A program made the position numbers and the translations under genes. The notes under the pieces were generated by a model. The model saw nothing but the letters and a program-made list of their open reading frames with translations, made no database searches and had not been told where the DNA came from. From Monocercomonoides exilis PA203 (taxonomy: Eukaryota > Protista > Preaxostyla): DNA of 64,000 bases. Position 1 is the stretch's first letter, and each line of letters opens with the position of its first letter. The DNA lies in NCBI GenBank assembly GCA_001643675.2, contig LSRY02000019.1, positions 1,426,001-1,490,000 of the forward strand, given 5' to 3'. Shown in pieces: positions 1 through 14,200 of this stretch.

Positions 1-1779
1 AAAATGCGCGAAGGAGTTCTGAAGGATTTAGCAGAAAATACGGAAAAAGTTTCATCAAAAGGTTTATTTACTTTTTGTTTTTTGAAATCTTGCATCAACG
101 AAAATGAATTTACTCAGCGGTACAAATTAATAGAAGACAATTTTTTTCGATGCTTAACAAGGTTGTAGATGCATCTGATATAATTTTGGAAGTTATTGAT
201 GCAAGAGATCCTTCTGGAACTCGTTGCTCGACTCTGGAGCGATCTGCTTTGGCAAAAGGAAAACAAGTGGTGATTGTTTTAAATAAAATAGGTAAACTTA
301 ATTTTATACACATGCTTTCTTCAGTCTTTTTTGATGGAATAAACTGGTAAAATTTATTTAGATCTTGTGCCGAGAGATGTTGTGGATGGATGGGTTACTT
401 ATCTTAATCAATTTTTTCCAACGGTTGCATTCAAGGCAGTCGTTAGTTCATCTGCAACTGGGATTATCCAGTACTCGTCTCCGACTGGGCCTGCGTCTGT
501 CGAGGTCGAGAATGATGGGTCAATAACTGCTGTTCAATCAAGTGCATATACTACGACAACTTCAGAAATAACTTCTGCAATAAGAATTTCTCATGGAGGT
601 TTTTATTCTTTGAAAAAGATTTTTTTTTCAATATTTCGATATGCTTATGTAATCACAGAAATTTGGAAATTTCTAAATATATAATTTCTTGTTTAATAGT
701 CTTAATGCAAATGATGTATTCTTTTTTCACTCTCTTTTGTTTTATTGTTTATTGTTTATTTTTTCTTTTCTTTTCTTTCTCATTTTTATTCCTTATTTTT
801 CTTTCTTTCTCTCTTTTTTTTGTAAATAATTCACCAAATCTGAATTCACTCCAACAACATCATTCAACCAGACACGTATGGAGGTGATCAGCTGATGCGT
901 GTATGCAAATCACTTTCTGTGTCTTCGAAGGGGCATGCAATGAAGACGACAGTGGGTGTGGTGGGTTACCCCAACGTGGGAAAGTCCTCGTTGATCAACT
1001 CGCTGAAGCGCCGCCACGCTGTGCAGACCTCGTCGCACGCTGGCTGCACACGCGGCCTTCAGACGGTGGAGATTGAGACAAAGCTGTCGGTGATCGACTC
1101 GCCTGGCGTCGTTATGGACTGGACAGACGAGGCCAACGCGGTGCTGCGGGCAGCGATGCGCGTGGAGGATGTGAAGGACCCACACTCAGCTGTCCTTTCG
1201 CTGGTTATTCGCTCTGACATCAACGTGCTGCTGTCTCTGTACTCGCTGGACCCTACTGCTTTTGCCAAAGTCATCCCTCCTCGCGAGCCTGGTGCTGGCT
1301 TCTCTTCTTCGACTTCTCCTTCTTTTTCCTCTTCCTCTTCCGCTTTTCCTTTGTCGGACGAAGCGCTCTCTCGATACTCTCCGTTCGTTGAGGAGTTCCT
1401 GAAGGCGGTTGCGCAGCGCCATGGCAAGCTTTTGAAGAGCGGCATTCCGAACTACGACGAAGGCGCGCGGATTGTGCTCCGCGACTGGGGGGCAGGCAGA
1501 ATCCCGTTCTGGACGCCAGCCCCGCCAGCGCCGCCGAAGGCAGCTGTTGGCGGGACGGGGGCAGCGACGGTGGTGGATGAGTTTGCAGCTCCGTTTGCGA
1601 TTGAGGGCATGGGAGAGTTTTCGGGCACTGGGAAGGAAGGAGATGAAGGCAGTGAGGCGGATGGAGGGATGGGGGGCAAAGGAGATATGGATGTGGAGGA
1701 GATGGACGAAGGACACAGCAGTGGAGTTGCTGCTGCTATTCAGAGCAATGTCACAGATCCCAGTTACCATATGTGCTGA
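1..1779 (+). CDS. Circularly permuted nucleolar GTPase, Nug1/GNL3 (nucleostemin)-like; 5' end lies outside the window
   Basis: GT-AG introns 62-117, 292-361 and 599-871 join in frame: ILEVIDARDP...VLNKI|DLVP (G4 motif)...D|TYGGDQLMRVCK, VGVVGYPNVGKSSLINSL (G1), IDSPG (G3), GIPNYDEGARIVLRDWGAGRIPFW. Stop TGA at 1777-1779. Confidence 0.9.
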
Positions 1780-2514
1780 GATATTGCAGACATTTTTTAT
1801 TTACGTTCTGAAAAGGTGAATAAATTGAAAGTTGATATTTGAACGGACAATCATATTTGCGGTGATATGAAATTAAAAAATTAAGGATTTAACAAGTTTG
1901 CTAATTGTTACAAGAAAAACTTTGAATCAGTCAAAAAGAAGCTTTTATTTAAACAGTGTTCTCATTTTGTTTATTTTTGAAAAATTTGATGTGCAATCAC
2001 TTCGAAAAATTGCATAGCTGATTTTTTCCTCAAAGGTATTTAACTTTATCATCAAAATCGCTCCTATCACTTCACTTTTACTCAAAAAAATAGAGAAACT
2101 GTTCAGACTTGTTTGGAATTTTCAAAGCAAAAACCAAAAAATTAGAAAACGAAACATGACAACATATCATCTTCAGTGAGAGCCTTGAGTCAAAATTTAT
2201 AATTTTAAATAAATGAAAACACCAAAAATACAAATTGGTTCGGTCGATGCTTCAATTCAATGTATTTTATTTGAAATTTTTCTTGTTATAATTATAATGT
2301 TAACAAAAGAACATAAGAAACTACAACTCTTCCAAAAAAACCTAAACAACGAAAAATGATAGATGAAACGTCTCTCTCGATTAACAGCATGCTGAAGCTT
2401 ATTATCAGACGAAGCGCATTTCCTCTTTAAAAAAAATGCCTTCGGAAAAAATCATAAACATTCAGCACACGAAATCTCAATAAAAGATAACTTTTAATTT
2501 TTTTTTTTTGACTT

Positions 2515-3462
2515 CTAATTAACATAAGCTTGATCAAAAGAATCATAGCCATCTCTTGCTTTTTGATATGCTTTTTCACAGGTAAACTTTCCAGAAGAAA
2601 ATTGAATCATCCAAAGTCCTAAAATAGAAAAAATAATAATAAAAAGCTAATTAAACAAAACAAGAAAGCATACCCAAATAGGTTAATGTCCACACATAGA
2701 ATTCTTCTCCAACCATTCCATATCCGCATTGGGCAAGAAATCTCAAAATATTGCTGAAGAAGAGAAGAAGCCCACCGAGTGTTCCAATTGAATGACATTC
2801 GCTAAACAACATAAAACATTAGGAAAATAATTGAAATATACGAAAAAATTCAAATAACACACTGGCATATCCTTCGAGATTCAGGCGTGTTCATGTGTCC
2901 CGTTAGAAATGCAATTTGAAGTAGAGAGAAAAACCAATAAACATAAGAATATCCCACATTTCTTCTCAGAAAACTGTACATCATAAAATGTCCAGCTTGC
3001 ACGAAACATAACAAAACAAATATCGTGAACGACCAAGATGTTTTATTCTCCAAAGGAAAACGAGGGAAAGTCGCAATGATGAAGCAGACAACAGATAAAG
3101 AATTTGCAATCATTGCAATAATCAGCGAGTATAAATGTTCAACTTCTCTTACTGCAAATGTGTTTCCGATTGCAGCAAAAACAACACTGACAATCATCCA
3201 AACTATTTCAAAAATAAGTTAAAATGAAAAAAATGGAAAAAATACTTTTAAATTGTTTTGGTATAATCAGTCTCGTTGGTTCTCCACTTGGTGCAGGACC
3301 ATTCCATCCACCAACAGTAAAAGGTATCAAAGCCAGAATACAAAGTGGACGAAAAACGTATGACAAAATATCATAAGGAATGGCCAATCCAACAATGGTT
3401 AGGGCTGAAATTTTCAAAATACCAGCTAATTGAAAAATAATAACCAGTTCAAACCGAAGCAT
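2515..3462 (-). CDS. YhhN/TMEM86 (lysoplasmalogenase-like) polytopic membrane protein, ~262 aa
   Basis: Exons 3462-3246, 3202-2863, 2801-2674 and 2618-2515 (789 nt, all GT-AG, in frame). Motifs VFRPLCIL, VVFAAIGNTF, GGLLLFFSNIL and FYVWTLTYLGLWMI follow the YhhN pattern KPL / FSxxGD / GALLFxxSD / TYYxAQxxI. The start Met is inferred. Confidence 0.65.
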
Positions 3463-3579
3463 ATCACTTGAATCGATATTACAATAAAGCGAATTAAATT
3501 TTGATTTAGCTGCATTTTGATCCGTGCTATATAAACAATTTATTAACAAATAGAAAACATAATACGTATATTATTCCTT

Positions 3580-4693
3580 ATGGAGAGCAAAGATAAGGAA
3601 TATTTAATCAATCAGGAGCTTATTAATCACAAAAATCTATTTGGCATATCATCATTTCCTGATTTACCTGAAATAAATGATGATCCAACGACAAAGACTC
3701 TTATAATGGTGAGCTGAATAATTTTTATATTTAATTAAAAGCATGCTTATTACAATTTAGAATTTGTTACAAGTCACATTAGTGCTTCCATCCTTTTGGA
3801 GGCCATATTATTTAATAGGAATTGCAAACATTCGCTTGAACAATTACGCAAGAGTTTGAATTTTATTTTTTGCATACTTTTTATTGAATATTTATTTTTA
3901 AAAATAAAAATTTAGGCTGCTAAGTTTCTAATTTATGCAAAAGAACGTTTGCCTTCGAATGCATCGAAAGCTATTAAAGTTTGTGACATACTTTTCTGAA
4001 TAATTGATAAGATTTTATTTTTTGTAGAATGCAATTGATTTTCATCTGACGACCTGCGCTTATTATTCTTCCTTACAAAATGCTAGAAACTTAGGAATTT
4101 CAAAAGGTAAAGAAATTAAAGAAAGATTAGTGTCTAAAGAAAATGAAAATCAAAACACTGATTTTGATGATATTCCAGAAACAAACGAGAAAATGGAATA
4201 TGATTCAAAAGAAAGCAAACCTCTTGAAGCAACAGTCGACTTGCAAAAGGGAGAAACAATAGCAGTCGATGAAACATGGACGGGTGAAGGGCACGAGCAA
4301 AGCAGTGCACCAGATGATCCAATGAATCACAAAGCAGAAGCAATGTCACCATCGTCGCAGATCAATTTGGCAGAAAGGCCCAAGTCGATCGAGCTTCCAG
4401 AGAGCCAGCTGGAAAAGACGCTATTTGTGTCAGAGATGGACGAGGCGTGTGTGTCCAAAGAAGACGATCGGCTGTGTCCTGAGTCGATGCTGTCGATCGG
4501 AGCGACAATATCAGCTGCTGCCACGATGGGCGGGAGGACAGCAACTGAAAGCCTAATTCCTTCTTTCTTCCCTTCTTTGAGCAACCTCTCCACTGTGCAG
4601 TCATCGGCGTCATCCGCATTCACATCGCCTTCGAATCCGGCGCGGATGAGCTTGACTTCTCCTTCAGTGGCACGAGCAGGTGTTGTTCAGTCA

Positions 4694-4725
<32 letters not shown>

Positions 4726-5300
4726 CTCTTCAACCTCTTCCTCTTCTTCCTCTGCTCCTGTTGCTGCTTTATCCCCCTCAGCCACTCTGAGCATCTCAAA
4801 CACTTCACCAAATGCCTTCGATGCGAGCAATTTGAAGAACAGCCAAACAATCCTGTCACCTTCTGCTTTGCGAACAAGCACACTTTCTCCTTCTTTTTCT
4901 GTCACACCCACTACAACCACTTCAACTATATCTACATCATCATCATCATCATCTTCTTCTTCTTCTTCCTTCTCCTCATCATCATCCTCTTCTTCTCTTC
5001 TCTCCACATCCCTCTTCTCCTCCTTCTCCTCCTTCTCCAAAGAACTTCCTCATCTCCCTGCCTCTTCCACCTCTTCCACCATCTTCACTCCTCCTCCTTC
5101 TCCTCCCCCTTCTTTCCTCTCTCGCGACTCTCTTCCTTATCATTCCCATCCTCTCCTCGACGATAACATTCCTTTTGCTGCTCCTTCTTCACCCACAAAG
5201 GCGAATAACACACCATTTTCGATCTTAAATGCTTCTGACAACAGAAGTGAGAGAGAAATGACGAAGAACCAGAACAATGAATTTGCAACAAAGAATAATG

Positions 5301-5334
<34 letters not shown>

Positions 5335-8300
5335 CTTCCCTGCCACCCTCTTCTCCCCCTCAGCTTCACACGCATTCTCTCTCTACTCCTCCACCACAGC
5401 TGTTTCTCCTTCTCTCTCTTCCTCTTCAGACTCTTTCAATTCTCTTCCTCTTCCTCTTCCTCTTCCTCCTCTCCTGCCTTCTGAAACAGATCTTGTTGTC
5501 CTCCCTCAGATGGATGAGAATGCAAATGTTGTGTCTTCTTCTTCATCTTCATCAGAAGAAGAAGGAGAAAGAGGAAATAATGTCAGCAAACAACAAATTT
5601 TCTCTTCTTCTTCTTCTTCTTCTTCTTTAGAGAATGAAAATAACCCACAATCACCTCTTGATAGAGAATTAGCAATCAAACAATCAAAAGCAGCCGAAGA
5701 ACAAGAAGAAGAGGAAGAAGAAGAAGAAGACTATCTTTCTCTTCTCCCTTCCGCCACCTCAGCAGCAGCAGCAGCAGCGAAAACAGGTTCGATTGGAAGG
5801 GCATTGGGAATAGTTGCACAGACAATCATTGCCACACGCACACCTCCTCCTGTTGGATCTGCGTCTCCTGAGCCGACTTCTCCATCGAAGGGGAGGGGTG
5901 AGAAGGAGAAGATGGAGAAGATGGAGAAAGAGAAAGAGAAAGAGAAAGAGAAGGAGAAGAAGGGGAAAGAGAAAGAGAAAGGAGGAAGTATGAGAGAGAG
6001 AAGAGGGAGCATAAGCATAGAAAAGAACGGAGAAGTGAAAGGAATGAATTCGAATGATTTGAAGAAGACTTCATCATCATCATCATCATCATCATCAGCT
6101 TCTTCTTCTTCTTCTTCTTCCATTTCATCTTCTGTGAATGCCAATGCAGTTAAACAGCAGTCTTTACCTTATTCCTCTTCTTTCTCTTCATTTCCTGATA
6201 ATTCATCATCATCATCTTCTTCTTCCCTTTCAAATCAACCACAATTGAAACCACAACTTCAAACTAACACAACATCTTCATCTTTAAATTCTTCATTTAA
6301 TCCTTCTTCTTCTTCCTCATCTCTTTCTTTCTCTTCTCTTTCTTCTTCTTCTCTTTCCTCTCAACAAACCCAACCTCAGCCACTTTCCCTCAAAAGCTCT
6401 TCTCTTTCCAATGAACCTTCCCTTCCTCTCAATCCTCCAAAGGGAATGCAACCAAATTCAATCAAAATGCCTTCTTCATCCACCTCTTCATTCAACCCTC
6501 AGCAATACCCTTCTCTTCTCCAGCCATTTCATCTTGCCCCTTCCTCTTCCTATTCATTACCATCATCATCATCATCATCAGCTCCTTCCCCTTCTCCTCC
6601 TTCTTCATCTTCTCCTTCTTCTCGTCTTCCTCCCTCTTCCTCTTCTTCTTCTTCCTCTTCTCTTTCAGAAATTCCCCTTTCCAAAGAGAATAAATTCCCC
6701 GCCCCGCCTCAAATGCCCCTCAACGTGGCGCCGTCGCAATTTAATCCTCTCCTCGCCCCCGCACAAATACACCCACAATTCAAAAATCAGTTTTCTTTGG
6801 CTGGTTTCCCTCCTTCTCTCTCGTCGATTGCTCCTCAGATGGCATCAGCTTTTCCTTCTTTCCCGTCAAATGTGAAGCAGAACCAGCCTCCGCTTCAACT
6901 TCAACCTCAACAGCAAATGCAACAGATGCAGCAGAAGCAGATGATGAATATGAATATGAATATGAACATGAATATGAATCCTACAAATTTATCTAATCCT
7001 TCTGGTATTTCGAATATTTCTTCGATTTCTTCTTCTTCTTCTCTTTCTTCTCCTTCTTCCTCTCTTTCCTCCTCCTCCTCCTCCCTCAAGCCCAACCAAC
7101 CTTTCAACCCCAATCTCCTTCCTTCTCCTTCTCCTTCTCCTTCCTCCTCCTCCTCCTCTTCTTCTTTGTCTTCTTCTTCTTCTTCCTCTTCTCTTCAAAA
7201 CAAGATGAATTTCTATCAAACTCCTCCACAAAACATTCAAATGCCAATGCAAATGCAGCTCCAAATGCCGATGCAGATGTCATTACAACCTTCTTCTGCT
7301 CTTTCTTCTCTTTCTTCTCTCTCTTCTCTTCCTTCTCTTTCCTCTCTCTCTCAATCGAATTATCGTGTGAATGAAGGTATTAGCAATGATTATAACACAC
7401 TCAGCACACCTTTCCCTTTTCCTCCTCATGTTCCATCGGCTTCTTTGTCTTCTTTCTCCTCTTCTTTCTCTTCTTCCCCTGCTTCTTTTCCTCCTTCTCT
7501 TGCTTCATCATTTGCTCCTTCATCTTCAACTTCTTCCTCCTCCTCCTCTTCTCTTTCTTCTCTTTCCTCTTCCTCTTCTTCCTCCTCCTCCTCTTCTTCT
7601 CCTTCCTCTTCTCTCCATTCCTCTGCTGCTGCCTTCTTCCAACCCACAAATCGTTCCCATCTTTCGCTCTCTTCTTCTCCTCCCCCTCAAAATGCAGCTG
7701 AATTTGACTACAAACCAGCAGACCCTCTTTCTCTCTTTCCTTCTCTTTCTCAAACACTCAACACATTCTCCTTGTCTCGAAATAACCTCATTAACAACCA
7801 GCAGCAAATGAGTTCTTCTTCTTCTTCTTCTCTTTCGTCTTCTTCTCAAAGCTCTCCAAATTCTGCAGGTATTGTTTCTTCTCTTTCTCCTTCCTCTTCT
7901 TCCTCTTCTTCCTCTTCCTCTTCAATGCCATCATCTTCTCCTTCTTCTCTCTCTTCCTCTTCCTCTTCCTCCCCCTTCTCCTTCTCTTCCCCCTCCCCTT
8001 TCTCTTCTCTTCTGAACACATCGCCTTTCTCTTTCCTTCTTCAGCACATTCCTTTTTCTGCTCACAAATCCATTCGTTTCGACCCTTCTTCTCTTTCTTC
8101 GATCATTCGCTTTGCTCAAATTGCTTCAAACATTCAGAGATTCTGCAATAGCAGCTGTAATATCTTACCTTTTGGCTCTGCTCTTCCTCTTCCTCCTCCT
8201 CTTTCTTCTTCTCTTTCTTCTCTTTCTTCTTCTCTTCCGCCTTCTCTTTCTCCTTCTTCTTCTTTCTCTTCCTCCTCCTCCTCCTCCTCTTCTTCTGATT

Positions 8301-11247
8301 CATTCATTTTTTGGAGAAATCTTCCAAATGACCATTCACAATTAGCTCTTTCTGGATACAAAGGAAGAGATCTAAGCAAACACCTTTTATCTTCTCCACT
8401 TTATACTTCTTCTATTTCATTTCCTTCTTCTTCTTCTTCTTCTGCCTCTTCCTCTTCCTCTTCTTCTTCTCCTTCATATGCTGACATTTTGAATCAAGTT
8501 ATTTCTTCTCCTGTTTTCTTGAAATTCAATCAAAACACAACTTTTCTGCTGACTAAACCAAAAAGATCGTCTTTCTTGTTCTCAAATGCAGGCATCTCTT
8601 CTCAATCATCTTCAAATTCTTCATCTTCCTCTTCTTCTTCCTCTTCATCTTCCTCATCGTCATCATCATCTTCCTCTTCATCTTCCTCTTCTTCTTCTGA
8701 CTCATCTTCCCGCTCCTCCAACTCCAACAACACAGCCACACTTGTTCCTCTTTCTGTCTTCCATTCCCCATTGGATGCATTCTCTTCTTCTTCTTCTTCC
8801 TCTTCCTCTTCCTCTTCCTCCTCTTCCTCCTCTTCTTCCTCTCATCATCGAAAGAAAGGGCGTATTCTGAATGCAGATGATGCCATCTTCTATGATGCGA
8901 TGATGGCAATTGACGATGCATTAGACTGGAACAAAGAGCAGAGCAAAGAAAGCAGCGTGACGCTGAGAGAGAGAAGACTGGGGCTTTTGCTGAGAACAAG
9001 GAAGGGGAGAGAGAAAGGGAGGGAGAGGGAGAGGGAGAGGGAGAGAGAAAGAGAGAGAGAAAGAGAAAGAACGAGCCAGAGAGAGAAGGAGAAAGAAGGG
9101 TGGAGGAGGAGAGGGTGGAGGAATAACTATAATGACAGTGAGTTTGACAGCGAGTATGTTTCAGAGGAAGGAGAGGAATGTTTTGATATGATTGGAAAAG
9201 GAGAGGAAGGAGAAGAGGAAGAAAACAGCAGCCCAATTGGGATAAGGACGAGGAGGAGGGCGCTGAGGGAGAGAGGGAGAGAGAACGAGAAGAAGAATAA
9301 TGATGAAGATGGTATGAATGAGAAGGAGAAGAAAGAGAAGGAGAAGGAAAAGAAGGAGAAGAAGGGAGGAAAGAAGGAGGAGGATGGAGAAGAAGAAGAA
9401 GACAAGGAAGAAGGGGATAAAGCGGATGATTTGAAGAAGAAGAAGAAGAAAGAAGATGAAGTTTCATCTTCTGAAGGTGAAAAGGAAGAAGAAGAAGAAG
9501 AGCAAAAGGTAAAGAAAGATATAAGTGATGGCAAAAACGAATTGGATAAAGACGAGAAAAATGAGAACAGAAAGAGCAAAAAGGAAGAAAAAGATAAAGT
9601 TAAAGGAGAAGGGGAAGGAAAAGATGATGATAAAGAAGAAGAAGAGGATGAAGATGGAAGTCAATCAAGCTGTGAAAGTGAAGAAGAAGGGAGTGCTGGC
9701 TCATCTTTAGAAGGCAATTCATCAGAAGCATCAAACAAAGAAGACGAACAGGAGAAGAAGAAGAACAAGGACGATAAGCAGAATAAACACAAAGTGAAGA
9801 AGAATCAGAGGAAGAAGAAGAGAAAGAGCCAAAGTCAAAGCCAAAGTCAGAGTAAAAATGAGAGAAAGAAGCAGAGCTCAAATGTGACAGTAACACATGC
9901 GCAGTTGTTAGCATCGCAATTGGTGGAAGGGATAGATTCAGCAGTGGCTGTGCTGCAGAGAGAGGAAGAGCTGAGGCAAGAGGAAGACAGGGTAATTGAT
10001 GAGTTCACATCAACTGAATGCCCTTTGCCGTATTTTGTGGGGCTGGAGGAAGAGGAAGAGGAGGAGGAAGGAGAAGAAGGAAGAGGAAGAGGAAGAGGAG
10101 GAAGAAGAAGAGAATGGAGAGAAGAAATGGAAGGAGAAGGAGGAGAGGAATACGAGTTTATACAGAGCAGGATGGGAGAAGGAGACGGAGGAAGGTTTAT
10201 GGATGTGGAAGAAGAAGAAGATGATGATGAAAGAAGAGGAGAAGGAAGAGGAGAAGGAGAAGGAGGGGAAGCAAAGTCAGAGAAGAGAATGAAGCTGTTT
10301 ATGGAGAAAGATAAACTGGGAGGTGGTGCAAGTTCTGAATTGTCTGCTTTTGCGGCACCGCCTTCGCCACTGCAGAAGATGGAGAGTGGAATGAAAGAAG
10401 GAGAAGAGAACAAGATGGAAGAAGATGTGTGGATCAAGAACGAGGTGAACAAGACAGCAAGTGATATTCGTTCTGGAATGGAGAAAGATATTTCTTCTTC
10501 TTCCTCATTCTCTTCCTCCTCCTCCTCATTCTCCTCCAATGAATCCGACTTCTCTGACTCTGACAGCAGTCTCTCTGATGATGAATTCGATGCCCAATTT
10601 GCTGAAGAGCTGGCAATTCCTCAGACCAACCGCCTTGTCCCATCCACCATCCACTTCCCTTCCTCCACCCTTCTTCCTTCAAAATCCCCCGTCCAGCTGA
10701 TTAAACCCATCTCCACACACATCTTCTCTCCAATGATCTTTTCGCATTCTCCTCTGCTTGCCCCGCAGATGCTGAGGCATTCGTTCAATGTTCTGGGACA
10801 GATCAGCCCAACACAAGTGAGCCACTCTTCGAATTACTCTTCTTCTCTCCCTTCTCCTACTTCCACACCTACTTCTTCTTTGGCTTCTTCTGCTGCTTCT
10901 TCTTCCTCTTCTTCTCAATCAGAAACAAAAGAACAGTCACCAAAAGATGTCTATCAAATGCCGACAAAACTATTTTCACACAATCAGCCTCCAACACAGT
11001 CAGCAGATAATAATGAATCTACTTCATCATCATCATCTTCTTCTTCCTCTTCTTCACCTTCTTCTTCTTCTTCTTCTGTTCTCTTTCCCGATCATTTAGA
11101 TGCGACCCTTCCTCAGCCAAAGAGTTTGGCTTCTCCTTCTTCGTCTTCTCCTTCTTCCTCTCTTATTTCTGCTCCTTCTTCTGAACAAAACTCAATCAAA
11201 CAAACTTCCAATTATCCACTTTTTTCTCCTCTTCTGCCTTCTGAAAG

Positions 11248-11278
<31 letters not shown>

Positions 11279-14200
11279 CTTTCTTCTCTTTCTTCTGCTG
11301 CTTCAACGCCTTCTTCTTCAGCTTCTTCCTCTTCTTTTCTGTCAGCCAACATTTTATCTGTGACTGATGCTGAACATTCTCCTTCTCTTCCTCTTCTGCC
11401 TCATCAACAATTGCAACACAACAATATACCATCATCATCATCATCATCTTCTTCTTCTTCTTTGTCTTCTTCTTCAACTTTAACTTCCTCTTCTTCTTCT
11501 TCCTCTTCTTCCTCATCTCCTTCTCCCTCTCTCTCCTCCCCAGACTCTCCTCCCCTTGTGATTCCTGCCCCTCCTCTCAGAAAAGCGTCCACAAACACGC
11601 GAATGCAGCAGTTTGTGTATGGGATGATGTCATTTTTGGAGTGTTTGCCGGCAGACGAGAGAGAAAAAACAGCAAAACAGAACGAGAAAAGAGGAGGAAA
11701 CGGAAGAAGTGGCATGGGAAGCAACAATCGACAAGGGAATTCTTTTCATTCTTCTCCTTTATCATCTTCATCATCATCATCTTCTTCTTCTTTAGACAAA
11801 AGAAGAAGTCCTCTTTCTTTGTCTCCAATCAAATTTGAGCCATTGTCAGTGACAGAAAGTGAGAAGGAAGCAAAAAGAGACAGAAATGTTAACATTTCAC
11901 AGAAGGACAAAAGAAACATGAACAACAGCATTAATTCATTGAATAACAGATCCAACATTAACAATTTTGGAAATGAAAGCAAACAAAGGAGCAATCTTCA
12001 TTCAAACAACACTTCCTCTTCTTCTCCTTCTTCTTTTTCTCGTTCTGCAAACTCATCATTCGATGCATTCCACACAGCAAAACCTGAACCTCTTGGTCTT
12101 TCTCCAAAAGACACAAACATTCCATTTGATGATTCAAAGAGCGTTCATTCCGAGAAAACAACACCTCCCTCTTCCTCTCTTTCATCTTCCTCTTCTTCTT
12201 CCAATTCTTCTCTCTTATCATCCTCCTCCTCTTCCTCCTCTTTTTCCACCGAAACTCGCAAACTGCTCCTCAAAACGCGTGTGAAGTCCTCCCGCTGCCA
12301 ATTCCGCCGCTTCCAACACGAACAAAAGCTTCGCTTTCTGATTCCCTCAATCACAGCTGTCTTTGGCGACTTGGGTGCAGACGATGCGTCTGAAGAATGT
12401 CACAACGAGCTGATGGCGAAGAGGAAAGAGGCAGAGAATAGATCGAAGATGAAGAAAGAGAAGGAGAAGGAGAAAGAGAAGGAAAAAGAGAAAGAGAAGA
12501 AAATGGCAGAAGAAGCAGCGTTGCATAAGAAGGGCTCATTGAAGAGAGGGTGTTCCGTGTTTCTGGTTGATGCTGACTCTCAGCTGTCCATTTCTCGTTC
12601 TCCTACTCTTTCATCCAAAATGGATGCAGAACAAGAAGAAGTTGACGCAAATGTTAACAAATCTTCAATAACACAGCTTGTTTCGAGTGCATCTTCAAAG
12701 ACGTCTCCTTTGTCTGTTCTCTTCCACCGGCAGGAGCAGCGCAATATTTCGCTCCATTTTCTGAAGAGAGGAATGCTCCTGTCTGCTTCTGACGTTTGCT
12801 CAGAGCGGATTTCGCAGTTACAATTAGAAGATGACAGATTGAGAGTGTTCTATTTGTATACGGTTGGGCTGATGTGCTGTCATTTGATGGAGCTGGGGGA
12901 GGATGGGGGGCTGGTGGAGGAAGGAGAAAGAGTGAGAGGGAGGAGAGATGAAGAGGAAGAGGAAGAAGAAGAAGAAGGAGGAGGAGGTGGTGGTGGTGAA
13001 GGAGGTGCGGAGAAGAGGAGAAAACAGAATGAAGGGGAAATGCTGGGTCATAAAAGTGATGGAGTGAATGGGAATGTTGATGAGAGGGGTGGAGAAGGAA
13101 GAAATGGCAGTTTGGATGGAGAAAGAAGAGAAGGAAGAAGTGACAAGGATTTGAATTCTTATGACTCAACACGAATGATTGAAGACTTTGATTATTATCA
13201 TCCGATGCAACACACACCGCATTTAGCTGAAGAGAACATGCAGATGAACGCAAATGGAGCAGATTATGAGGCATCCTATCATCATAATCATAATCGTCAT
13301 CAGAATGATGTTCAACAACAACAACAGACACAGAATCAGCAGCAGCAACCACAACAAAATTATTCAACAGAAAATGGCAACGACAATAGCAACATCAGAG
13401 AAACTAATGCTTTTTCACACAAACATCGAAGCAAACCAGAAATTCCTTCGTTCATCAAGCGCATTCAGGAGGAGAAGAGCAATCACTACTCGTTTGCTCT
13501 GCAGGTGTGGCGGAAGATTTCACTTTCTTCTCCTCTTTCGATGGGCTGTGAGACGAACAAAGCTTCTCTGGCGCTGCTTCTGCATGACACGACACAAAGC
13601 TATGCAATCAGCTACTCCCTCCTCTTTCGAGACAGAATGTGCCTGTCAGCTCTGATGCTCATTGCACTCTCAATGCAATTGGGTGTGAGCGGGTTGCCGT
13701 GCGACTACCAGAGCGAAGAGAGGATGAAGGAAGGAGAGGCGCAGAAGGAGCAGCTGAACGAGGAGGAGAAAGCATTCATGGCGAAAGGGGTGAACTTGAC
13801 ATCGGCATATTCAGCTGCTTTGTCGTCGATCAACACGATGATGATGAAAAGAGATATGTCTCCAATGAATGGCTCTCCTTCGTTGGCGAATGCATTTTCT
13901 CTTTCTCCTTCTTCGCCTTCATCATCTCCATCTTCATCAGCACCGTCTTCTTCTTCATCTTCTTCTGCTTCTTCATCGTCTATATCTCTTTCTCCATCGC
14001 TCGCACGCCCTTTGAATTCTCCTGCTTCTCCTTCTTCGCCTTCCTCTTCTCCTTCTGCTTTCTCTTCTCCCTCTCGTCATTCGCCATCTGCTGCTTTCCT
14101 TTCGAACTTGTCGCGTTTCATTGCGAGGAAGAACAAAGAATTCGAAAGAAAGAAGCAGTACCAAATAAGAATGTTGAGTGATTTGTGGACAGTTACACCA

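Noticed and set aside
1800-2500. Possible C/D snoRNA in the intergenic region
   Set aside because: No convincing box C/D pair with a terminal stem.
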